Below, piece after piece: positions 36,199 through 47,660 of a DNA stretch of 64,000 nt. Below the pieces are notes generated by a model, which was not told the origin of the DNA, did not search any database, and saw only the letters and a program-made list of their open reading frames with translations. The number at the start of each line of letters is the position of its first letter. Positions within the stretch are counted from its first letter, which is position 1. Source of the DNA: Glaucostegus cemiculus. Lineage: Eukaryota. A program made the position numbers and the translations under genes. The DNA lies in contig CDPCPM010000054.1 of NCBI GenBank assembly GCA_976551045.1, positions 14,880,001 through 14,944,000 on the forward strand, read 5' to 3'.

Positions 36199-38831
36199 AT
36201 AGAACCATAGAACAATACAGCACAAAACAGGCCCTTCGGCCCACCATGTTGTGCCGTCCATCAAACCTCACACAATCTAACTCTTTCCTCCCACATATCC
36301 CTCTATCCCACATTCCTCCATATGCCTATCTAACAATCTCTTGAACCTGTCCAACGTATCTGCCTCTACCACCACCCCAGGCAGCGCAGTCCATGTGCCA
36401 ACCACTCTCAGGGTGAAAAACTTCCCTCTGACATCTCCCCTGAACTTTCCACCCAATACCTTAAAGCCATGCCCTCTCATCTTAAGCATCTGTGCCCTGG
36501 GAAAGAGGCGCTGGCTGTCAACTCCATCTATTCCTCTCAATATTTTATACACGTCTATCAAGTCTCCTCTCATCCTCCTCCTCTCCAACAAGTAAAGCCC
36601 TAGCACCTTAAGCCTCTCCTCATATTCCATACCCTCAAATCCAGGCATCATCCTGGTAACTTGCCTCTGTACCCTCTCCAATGCCTCCACATCCTTCCTA
36701 TAATGCGGCGACCAGAACTGAACACAGTACTCTAACTGCGGTCTAACTAGAGTTTTGTAAAGCAGCATCATCACCTCTCGGCTCTTAAACCCAGTCCCAC
36801 GATTTATAAAAGCTAACATCCCATAGCCTTCTTAACTGCCCTATCCACCTGCGAGGCAACTTTGAGTGAACTGTGGATATGAATCCCCAGATCCCTCTGC
36901 TTCTCTACACTGCCAAGTACCTTGCCAGTTATCTTGTGCTCTGCCCTGGAGTTTGTCCTACCAAAGTGCACCACCTCACATTTCTCCAGATTAAACTCCA
37001 TCTGCCACCTGTCCGCCCAGCTCTGCATCCTATCAATATCTCTCTGTAAATTCTGACAGTCCTCCACACCATCCACCACACCGCCGATCTTGGTGTCATC
37101 CACAAACTTACTAACCCATCCTTCCACCCCTTCATCTAAGTCATCTATAAATATAACAAAGAGTAGAGGTCCCAGAACCGATCCCTGCGGGACACCACTA
37201 GTCACAGGCCTCCAATCCGAGGGCACTCCCTCCACCACAACCCTCTGCTTTCTACAGACAAGCCAATTCCTGATCCACACAGCCAACCTGCCCTGGATGC
37301 CTTGACCTCTGACCTTCTGAAGAAGCCTACCATGAGGAACCTTATTGAACGCCTTACTAAAATTCATGTAGACCACATCCACCGCACTGCCCTCATCAAT
37401 CTTCCTCATCACCTCCTCAAAGAATTCTATCAGGCTCATGAGGCAAGTTCTTCCCTTCACAAAGCCATGCTGACTGTCCCTAATCAGTCCATGAGTCTCC
37501 AGGTGTTCATAGATCCTATGCCTTAGAATCCTTTCTAACAGCTTACCCACCACAGACGTGAGACTCACTGGTCTGTAATTCCCTGGACTATTCCTACTAC
37601 CTTTCTTGAACAAGAGGACAACATTCACTACCCTCCAATCCTCCGGCACCATCCCCGTGGACAATGAGGACTCCAAGGTCTTCACCAGCGGATCAACAAT
37701 TTCCTCCCTCGCCTCTCGAAGCAGCCTGGGGAATATACCATCAGGCTCTGGGGACTTATCTGTCTTGATATTATTTAACAACTTCAACACATCCTCCTTC
37801 TCGATAGCTACATACTTGAGAACATTACCCTTACCAGCACTCCCTACCGCATCATCAAGACCCCTCTCCTTGGTGAATACCTATGAGAAGTATTCATTTA
37901 GAACCTCTCCCACTTCCGCCACCTCCAGGCACATCCTCCCAGTTTTGTCTTTAATCGGACCTACCTTTACACTAGCCATTCTTCTGCCCTTCACGTATGA
38001 GAAAAAAGCCTTGGGATTTTCCTTAACCCTACTAGCCAATGCCTTTTCATGTCCCCTTCTAGCTCTCCTCAGCCCTTTCTTAAGTTCCTTCCTCGCTACA
38101 CTATATTCCTCACGGGCCCTGTCTGAGCCTTGCTGCTTCCACCTTACATTTGCCACCTTCTTCCTCCTAACCAGTCGTTACACCTGTCTCGTCACCCACG
38201 GTCCCTTCACCCTGCCATTCTTCCTCTGTCTCGCCGGGACATATTTATCCCTAATCTCCTGTAAAAGATCTCTGAACATTGTCCACATCTCCATTGTACA
38301 TTTCCCTTCAAAAAGAACTTCCCAATTTACACTCCCAAGTTCTCTCCTTATAGCCTCATAGTCCACCCTTCCCCAATTAAATATCTTCCTGTCCTCTCTG
38401 CACCTATCCCTCTCTGCACCTATCCCTGTCCATGAAAATTCTAAAGGTTATGGAGCAGTGATCACTGTCCCCCAAATGCTCACCCACCAGTAGATCCCTC
38501 ACCTGTCCAGGTTCATTTCCTAAAACTAGCTCCAACACGGCATTCCCTCTAGTCAGCCTGTCAACATACTGCATCAGGAATCCATCCTGGACACATTTAA
38601 CAAACTCGTTCCCTTCTAAACCTTTGGCACTAAGCATGTCCCAGTCTATATTTGGGAAGTTGAAATCACCCATTATAACAACCCTGTTATTTTTGCTTCT
38701 GTCCAAACACTGCCTGCCAATCTGCTCCCCTATATCTCTACTGCTACCGGGGGGCCTATAGTATACTCCCAGTAGTGTAACTGCTCCTTTCTTGTTCCTC
38801 ACTTCCACCCACACCGACTCTAGAGAAGATC
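36199..38831 (-). mobile_element. Young CR1 LINE, 2.6 kb: partial APE endonuclease, RT and 3'UTR with few lesions
   Basis: GVYYRPP, MGDFNFPNIDW and LGDSDH (APE); [19 protein letters not shown] and KFVDDTK (RT); LEYCVQFWSP; catagaac tail; tttcc on both flanks. Confidence 0.97.
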
Positions 38832-38914
38832 TTTCCTCCCAGTGCTCTGGTTTCCTCCCACACCCCAAAGACCTGCTGGTAGATTAATTGGCCTCTGTCT
38901 ATTAACCCTAGTGG

Positions 38915-40792
38915 AGAAGAATTGGTGAAGTTGGGTGTACTGAGATACAGAATTGGTGAAGAATTGGTGTACCGAGGTACAGTGAAAAACATGTCTTGTA
39001 TACTGTTCGTACAGATCAATTCATTACACAGTGCATTGAGGTAGTACAGGGTAAAAACAATGACAGAATACAGAGTAAAGTGTCACAGCTACAGGGACGT
39101 GCATTGCAGGCAGACAATAAGGTGCAAGGTCAAACAGGGTAGATTGTAAGGTCAAGAGTCCATCTCATCATATAAAGGAACTGTTCAGTAGTCTTATCAC
39201 AGTGGGGTAGAAGCTGTCCTTGAGCCTGGTGGTATGTGCCCTCAGGCTCCTGTATCATCTGCCTGATGGGAGCGGGGAGAATACAGAATGACCTGGGTGG
39301 GAAGGGTTTTGATTACACTGGCTGTTTCACCAAGGCGGCAAGAAGTATAGACAGAGTCTGTGGAGGGGAGGCTGTTTTCCGTGATATGCTGGGCTGTGTC
39401 CACAACTCTGCAGTTTCTTGAGGTCCCAGGCAGAGCAGTTGCAATACTAAGCCGTGATGCATCCTGATAGAATAATTTTTATGGTGCATCGATAAAAGTT
39501 GGTGAGTGTCAAAGGGGACATGCCAAATTACTTTAGCCTCTTGAGGAAGTAGAGGCACTGGTGAGCTTTCTTGACCATTGCAAGTACATGGTTGGGCTAG
39601 GACAGGCTATTGGGGATGTTCACTCCGAGGAACTTGAAGCTCTCAACCTCAGCACCATTGATGCAGACAGGGGCATGTACACCACCCCTTTTCTTGAATT
39701 CAATGACCAGCTCTTTTGCTTTGCTGACATTGAGGGAATGGTTATTGTCATGACACCATGTCACTAAGCTCTCAATCTCCTTCCTGTACTCCGTCTCATC
39801 ATTATTGAGATAAGGCCTACTATGGTGATATTATCTGAAAACTTGTAGATGGAGTTAGAGCAGAATCTGGCCATGGAGTCATGAGTATATAGTGGGTAGA
39901 GAAGGGGGTTGAGGGTGCAGCCTTGTGGGGCACCAGTGTTGAGAATAATCATGCTGGAGGTGTTGCTGCCTATCCTCACTGATTGCAAGTCTGTTGGTCA
40001 GAAAGTCAAGGATCCAGCTGCAGAAGAAGTTGTTGAGTCCCAAGTCTCAAAGCTTGGTGATGAGTTTGCTTGGAATTATTGTATTGAAGGTGGAGCTGTA
40101 GGTAATAAACAATAGTCTAACATAGGTGTCATTACTGTCCAAATGCTCCAGAGATGACTGTAGGGCCAGCGAGATGGTGTCCACTGTAGACCTGTTCGGT
40201 GGTAGGCAAATTGCAGTGGGTCGACGTTGGCTGGGAGGCTGGAGTTAATGTATGTCATGACCAGCCTCTCAAAGCACTTCATGATGGTGGATGTCAGAGC
40301 CACTGGTTGGTGGTCATTAAGGCACATCACCTTGTTTTTCTAAGGTACCGGGATGATAGTGGTCTTCTTAAAACAGGTGGGAACCTCAGATTGAAGCAGG
40401 GAGAGGCTAAGTATGTCTGCAAAATACCCCCGCCAGCTGATCAACACAAAATCTGGGCACTCGGCCAGGGACACCGTCTGGGTCAGATACTTTCCTCAGG
40501 TTCAGTCTCCAAAAGACTGATCTCACATCCTCGATGGTGACCACTGGTTCAGTTGCATTGGAGGCTGTCAGTGTGGGTGATGACAATCCACGTCCCTTCT
40601 GTTCAAAACATGCATAGAATGCATTAAGCTCATCAGGAAGGGATGCGCTGTTATTATCTATGCTGCCTGACTTTGTTTTGTACCCCATTATGGCATGTAA
40701 GCCCTGCCACAACTGACAGCTGGTCTGGGACTCTATTTTGAACCAGTATTGTCTCTTGGCATTCCTGAGGTCATATCTCGATTTCTTGTAAA
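38915..40792 (-). mobile_element. Rex1/Babar LINE, 1.9 kb, decayed RT
   Basis: [47 protein letters not shown] and GAPQGCTLNPLLYPLYTHD; Rex1 tail. Confidence 0.95.
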
Positions 40793-41169
40793 GTGGTGGA
40801 AGTTATTAAACAATGATGCTTAAGGGGCTTTTAGACTCATGAATCTGCAGGGAATGGAGGGATATGGATCATGCGTAGGCAGAAGGAATTGGTTCCATTT
40901 ATCATGGTTTTTGGCTCAGACGTCATGAGCTGAAGGGCCTGTTTCTGTGCTATATTGTTCTACCTTCTAATTTGTGGCATTGAATTTCTCTCGCAAATTT
41001 TGGTGAATATGCTGCAAAAGTAACATTTGATTGTTTTACAAATATAGTCTCCACACAAAAACAGTCCATGAAAATTTGCACTACTGGACGTTGTCTGAAA
41101 GCTGCACTGATGTTCATGGCTAGCATTTAATTTTCTAAACAGGGTGTTGCTGACTACATAATATTTCCT

Positions 41170-41335
41170 CGTTCTAGGCAGAGTTTGACATCCATCACAT
41201 AAGGAGATATCAAGGGAGGGGACCAAAGGCTTGGAGAAGGAGATGGGATTTGAGGAGTATCTTAAAGTTGCAAAGTGAGGCAAGCAGGTAGAGAAGCCAA
41301 GAAAGGAGTTCCAGGAATCAGTGCGTTCCTTGAAC
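41170..41335 (-). mobile_element. L2 3' fragment
   Basis: cataaggagatatcaagg...gaccaaaggcttgg...tttgaggagtatcttaaag, the reverse of the motif at about 860-910. Confidence 0.55.
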
Positions 41336-43394
41336 ATACACTCAACTTCAGTAGGAATGTGGAAGAGGCTGAGGATAGACAGGTCAGTTCTGGAGAAAAG
41401 ACCTGAAACATTAACTTTTCTTTTTTCAGATATGCTGCCTGACCCACTGAGTGTTATCAGCATATTCAGGTTGACCAGTGAGGAGGTGGGGTAAGTGGGG
41501 GGACAGAGATGAAAGAAATTGGGGATGGTTGAGTGGAAGAATCAGAGGGCAGCAGTTCTCTTGGGGACTTGTATGCTGGGAGGATATTACAGAGACTGAG
41601 GTGATCTTCTGTCTTATCATTAGATCTGAGTTCCTCCCTTCATCCTATTAGGGTAGGGCTGAACCATTACTTTATTATCCATTGGCATTTGGTCATGTCT
41701 GGTGATCTGTAAGCAAGTAATGTGGATCGAGCTGTGCAAAATTCTAACTTTATCAAAGGTAACCGGCACAGAACTATCACCTCAATGACACCTTAATTTT
41801 CCATCCCAATCCCACTCCCACTTTGACCTATCACTGTGTTGCTTCCTTCACTGTTACAACAAGGTCTAACACAAGCTTGAGGAACAACATTCCATCTTCT
41901 GTCATGTTGAAGCCTTCCTACTCAATGACTCTCTAATATCAGGGAACTCATGCTCTCTGTTTGTAATGGAACTGGCCATTTCTGCTGGAAGTCATTTATC
42001 TATAGTATTGGCTCAGTTCTTCCTCTCTCCAAAGTCCCACAGCCCTGATATTAGCAACATGTAACACTGAAAAAGAAATATAATCATCCTCTAACTGCCC
42101 CATTAACCCACTTGACCTGGTCTCACTCTATCACAGATATTCTGTTTGTCCGATCCTTCCTGTCTCCATCTCTGCAACTTAAAGTTACCTTTTAAATCTT
42201 TCTGATGAAGCATGCTTCCAGCATTTTATTTAGATTTCCAGTATTTGTGGTTGTTTTTTTTATTTCCTCCACATTAGTGACTTGTGCCACCCTTTCTATT
42301 TCCTCTTTTCCTCTGCATATCTTCCCAAGTTGGGGTTCGCCAAACACAGCCCTAATTGCAACTGGCGACCCCCCTCCCTCGGGATCTTGGGGAAGAGTGG
42401 TCTTGTACCTGCTGATGAGTACTGCACTACTCAGAACCCTTGGCCAACAGCTGTCACTTCATTGCTTCTTTCACCAGGTGGCCGGGTTGTTTAGTCTGCC
42501 TGTGGTATGGGGTGTTAATCTATGATGGATTCCATTATAACAGAGAAACTGTGCCAACTTGAACAGACCAACACACCAAAGCAGCTCCACAACAGACCAT
42601 GCACTGCAAAACGCCGTAGCTTGTTGTTAAGTTGTCCATGCTGTGCGGTTGCATGATCTAAAATGCAGCATTACGAGTTACGGCCAACAAGTAAGGGTGT
42701 AATGCCTTCAGCCAGTTCTTCCCCATCGAGATCAGCTGTCTGAGTTATTGGCCACAATTATTTGCAGCTTCCTTGGCATGTGCTTGTATCACAACATGCA
42801 TGAGGGTTCGTCTGGAATCCGCAGGACTTCCCGGAGACCACCTGAGAAACAGTGCTTCCCAGTGGAGCTGCACTGAGCAACCGTTTACATAGAACATAAG
42901 AGCAGTTAGGCACAAGAACAGGCCTTTCAGTCCATGATGTCTATGCCAAACACAATACCAAATTAAACTAAATCTCTTCTGCCTCCACATGATCCCTCTA
43001 ACCCCTGCATTCATGTGTCTATCTTAAAATCCACCTAAATGCCACTGTTTGTAAGTATTGAGAACAGTCAATGCTTGTCAACCACCATCCTCCTGCTGAT
43101 CATTTAACAATGAACTTGTAATCACTGGCGTGCTGCAGGATGGCATCTACTCCCCTAAATGTACCATTAATTCCTGCAGCTGCCCTGTGTTCTTGCAGCA
43201 CCTCAGTGTGTGGAGCACCTCACTGCAGCTGCTTTGTGACCTAAGGATTTCCCACCACCGTCCCTTTCTGTGACCAGGTGACACTTCACCATAGAGAAAG
43301 AAGATGTTGTCATTACTGAGCCATCATACACCTGCAGAACCATCTTCAAAGTGCCTCACATTTAGAACAGAACTTCCATGGCAGATAACATTCA

Positions 43395-43960
43395 CATTGT
43401 GGCCTCCTCTACGTTGGAGAAATCGAACACAGACTGAGTTATTGCTTTGCAGAGCACCTATACTCAGCCCGCAAGAGTGACTCTGAGCATCTGTTTGCCT
43501 TCAGCTACTTTAATTGAGTACTTTAATTCACCATCTCACTCCCACGCTGACATTTCTCCCCGTGGTCCCCTGCATGATCACAAGGCCCAACATAAGCTGG
43601 AAGGACAACACCTCATCTTTTGTCTGAACAGCTTGCAGCCTGCAGGTCTCAACATCGCATTCTCTGTTTTTAGATAACTTGCTCTTTCTTTATGTTTGAG
43701 AAATGGCCATTTTTGATGGCCATCCCCTTTTTCCCTTCTGGGCCAGACAATAACATTAGGAGCACATTACACAAACAAGGGGGATTAATAGTCCCTTAAC
43801 AGTCATATGATTTCCCCCTTGCAGAGACATTGCCTTTGTTTCACCATTGCCCTCCCAACCTTCTCTACTATATGGATTAACTTGCTTCTGTTTTTCACAG
43901 TTAACCTGTTTCATCTTCCACAGATGCTGCCTGCCCTGCTGAGATTTTCCAATATTTCCC
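43395..43960 (+). mobile_element. Old Penelope-like GIY-YIG fragment
   Basis: ORF 43447-43677 FNSPSHSH...KLEGQHLIFCLNSLQPAGLNIAFS; a similar relic lies at about 41790-42250. Confidence 0.8.
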
Positions 43961-43989
43961 ACTTTTATTACCCTTCCAATCATATTCAC

Positions 43990-44395
43990 TAGAGTTAAGA
44001 AGAAGAAAAGATGTTCTCAATGAAATAGAAAATATTCTTACAGGACTTCACAGGATAGATGCTGGGCTGATGCTTCTCCTGTTTAGAACCTGGGATCACC
44101 CTCTCAAAATAAGAGGTCAACTATTCAGTAAAGAGATAAGAAAAAATATATTTTCCCAGAGAGCACTTAAATGCTTTGAATTCTTTACCCAGGAAAGCTG
44201 TGGAGATTCAGTCATTGAGTATATTAAAAACAAAGACTAGATTTTATATGTTAAAAGAATCAAGAAATTTCAGATTAGTGCAGGAAAGTGACACTGAGGT
44301 AAAGGATCACCCATGTTCTTAATGAATGGTAGAGCAGGCATGAGAGGCTAGATGTTTTTCTGTTGCTCTTGTGTTTCTTTTGTTCTTATATTCTA
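43990..44395 (+). mobile_element. Old CR1 3' region
   Basis: gagttaagaagaagaaaagatg...ctcaaaataagaggtc...gaatggtagagcaggcatgagaggct. Confidence 0.7.
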
Positions 44396-45334
44396 TAGCT
44401 TCTGTGCTTATATTTTCTAATAATTCTTTCTTGACAATTTAATTGAGCTTCTTCAAGGTAGAAAAAGTCTCAGTTGCAGGACCACCAAGCTAAAAAAATT
44501 CCTTTCAATGTAAGCATAGACGATGAATATTAAAAATGTACTGAAAATAGAAATGCTTCCAAAACACTGCAGGCTTATGCTCAATTCTGAAGCAATTGCC
44601 TGTTAACTGTGGTTGAGGCTGGTTAGCAAATGAGCAGTAGAAAACCATAACCCACTTTTTGCTAATGTTGAGAATTATACTCTATGGGATATAATTGCCA
44701 AATGCTGATGAGACAAAAGGCATTCTTGTGCTGTAGTCTGGGATTCAATCCAGAATGTTCTGCTGAAATAATAACTGTTAAAGATGTACGCTGTTGTTAA
44801 TGTTCATGGATATCAGTGGGCTCAGTGGCTGAAGCCATCGGCTGTGAATTGTACACCTGTAGATATTACTGATCAATACAAATCCCTCCTCTGCTTGCTC
44901 TGTCCGAGTGACATCATGGCCTCATTCTTCCTTTGATTATCATGAATTTGTAGATTTGCATATTATATGCTCATTAAACCAACTGCAAAATGTCAGGGCT
45001 GATAATTAAGTCTTCTTTTAAAGACATGACAATTGTTAATGCAATGCCTATACATCCCTACATCCTGGAAAGAGAACAGCTTGAACTGTTCACTTCCATT
45101 CTGTTGCTCATCGTAATTTGCCATTGCAGAAGACCTTTACTCTTTCTTCTTCGTTTTCCTATCTTTTTTTTTCCCTCTCTCAATTTCCATTTTCCCTTCC
45201 TCTCTGCATTTCTCTTTCTGCATCTAATTTGACTTTTAAATCACCTGATTTTTTTTCTCTGCCCTTTGTCTTCCTCACCCGTGATTGGGTAAGATGCCCA
45301 CTGCCCTCATCAGGCAGCCAATCTGTTAGGTAAG

Positions 45335-46295
45335 ACCCTGGTTGGAGGAGGTGCAGGTGAATCTCTGCCTCACCTGGAAGGGCTGTTTAGATCCCTGGAT
45401 GGTGGTGGGGGATGAGATGAAGGAACAGGTGCGACACCTCCTATAGTTGTAGGGGTAAGTGTCAAGGATGGGGGTTGGGGAGGGATTAGCAGACGGTGAA
45501 GTCATGAAGAGAGTGGTCCCTGCAAAATTTGGAAAGGGGAGAGGAAAGCGGAAGGTATGATTGGTGGTGGGATCACTTTAGAAAACCTTCAGCTCCTCCT
45601 TCACCACCATCCATGGCCCTAAACAGCCCTTCCAGCTGAGGTGGAGGTTCACTAGTGCCTCTCCTAAGCTGTCCACTGTATTTAGTGTTTGCGATGCGGC
45701 CTCCTCTACATTAGTGAAATCAAGCATAGACTATGTGACAGTTTTGTGGAGCACTTCACGGTCTGTCCTCAAGGACCACCTTGAGCTTCCAGTTGCGTGT
45801 AACTTTAACTCTCCTTCCCATTCCCACACTGGCCTGTCTGTCCTCCACCTTCTCCATTGCTACAGAGAAGCCAAACACAAGTTGGAAGAACATCACCTCA
45901 TATTCCATTTGGGTAGCTTAGCCAATGGTATGAACATTGAACTTTCCAATTTCAGGTAACCCACACCCCCTGTGCTCTCCTCCCTCACACACTCACCTGT
46001 CTGCCCTGTTTCCTTCTCCCTTTGTTCACGTTTCCCATTCCCCCTAACCCCACCTGGTTCCATCTGCTCATCATCCCCTCCCCATCTGGTTCCACATCAC
46101 CTACCAGCCTCAGATCCACACCCCCACCCTCCTTCTACTGCTGTATAATGATAAATGTTTCCTCTTCCCTCTCAATCCTGATGCAGTATCTTGACCTAAA
46201 ACACTGACTGTCCATTTCCTGCCACAGATGCTGCCTGACCCGCTGAGTTCCTACAGAAATTTGTTGCTCCATCTTCCAGCATCTGCTGTCTCTTT
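45335..46295 (+). mobile_element. Penelope-like element with an inverted 5' segment
   Basis: ORF 45714-45959 PVACNFNSPSHSH...KLEEHHLIFHLGSLANGMNIELSNFR; 45345-45420 is an inverted copy of 45595-45665; terminal unit at 46178-46295. Confidence 0.85.
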
Positions 46296-47436
46296 TTCCT
46301 TCAGTAAGAACCTGCAGTTTTGGCATCAGGAACTGACTGATGCATCTGCAAGTGGAGAAAGAGGCAGTCATCTCCAAACGTTTGGATTAATCAAAGCTCT
46401 ATGCATTTTCCGATTGCTGAATCATGAACCCATTTTCAAGATTTATGGTTTCATGCTGTAAGGAGCCCAATCTTTCAAAGAGCATCATTATAATGTAGAG
46501 ACTGAAAAAAGCTATCTGTACCTTTTACTTTCAAATTAGCTCTAATATGTGAGACATTGTGACATGGTGGATGGCACACTCCTGCTTCCTAGTTGCGGGC
46601 CATCCCAAAAACAAGAGCTCCACCTCTAGGCTGATATTCCACGTGGGTGCTACACCATCAGAGGTACTATACTTTTCACCAGTTTCCCTTAAGAACCCCC
46701 TCAATCCTAACCCACTGCTGTCCTGCCTATTGTGTGGCCTTCAACCAATATGTCTTTGAATATAACAGGTAGTCTATTCATTCATTATATTGGTGTTTAT
46801 AGGATGATGCTTTGCATAACATTGGCTGCTGTGTTTTCCTAATTTATATCACTGATTGCACTTCAAGAATAGGTTAATTAGAAGCAGAGTGCATGAGATC
46901 ATGAAAGGGCATGAAATGGTCTAAAGAAATACATATTTGCTTTTGCGCACCACCAACATTTGGTGACACAAGAGAGACTGCAGATGCTGGAAACCTGGAT
47001 CATTTTGTGTTCGTTACTAACATATGATGTTAGTGCCTATTCATTATTCCTTCAACATTTCACTATTCTTCAGTGACATGGTCCTGAAGACTATTAGCCA
47101 TCAATAATTCTGATCCCATTGCACTGGACCTCCGTTGTAAATAAATATGACTACAATGCTGGGAGTCTGCATGACAAACTTTACTGGTCTTCTCTCTGCT
47201 GATGAATTCTGGCAAGATTCAGTTAACCTCCCAGAGGGAATATGCAGAAAGAATGACATGAAGAGAGTTGGGAAGACCTGTATGGAGCATATATGCTGGT
47301 ACAGACTAAGTGGACTGATTGGCCTCTTGATGTACTCTAAATACTTTACAAGGAAAGCAAATACGCTTTTTTTTTATAATCTTAGAACTAATGCACAACT
47401 TTCTAATAAATGGGCAAACTTGAGACATTGGAGTTA

Positions 47437-47660
47437 AAAACAAAAATTGCTGGAAACATTCAGCAGGTCAGGCAGCATCTGTGGTAAGAAAAACCTGTAG
47501 CCTTTCCAGTCAAAGACCCTTCATTAGAATTAATGAAGGAACCATTCTGATGAAGGGACTTTGACTGGAACTGTTACCTCTGTTTCTCTTTTCACAGATG
47601 CTGCCTGAGTGTTTCCAGCATTTTTTTCTTTTATTTCAGATTTTCACCGTCTGCAAGTTT
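47437..47660. mobile_element. Penelope-like palindrome
   Basis: Arms ttccagtcaaagacccttcattagaat and attctgatgaagggactttgactggaa with flanking cagcatctgtg / cacagatgctg; canonical ctgatga at 47547. Confidence 0.75.

Noticed and set aside
37606-38361. 251-aa plus-strand ORF
   Set aside because: It is the antisense shadow of CR1 ORF2.
42412-42440. ctgatga plus small stem as a stand-alone hammerhead
   Set aside because: No GAAA follows the stem and there is no PLE context.
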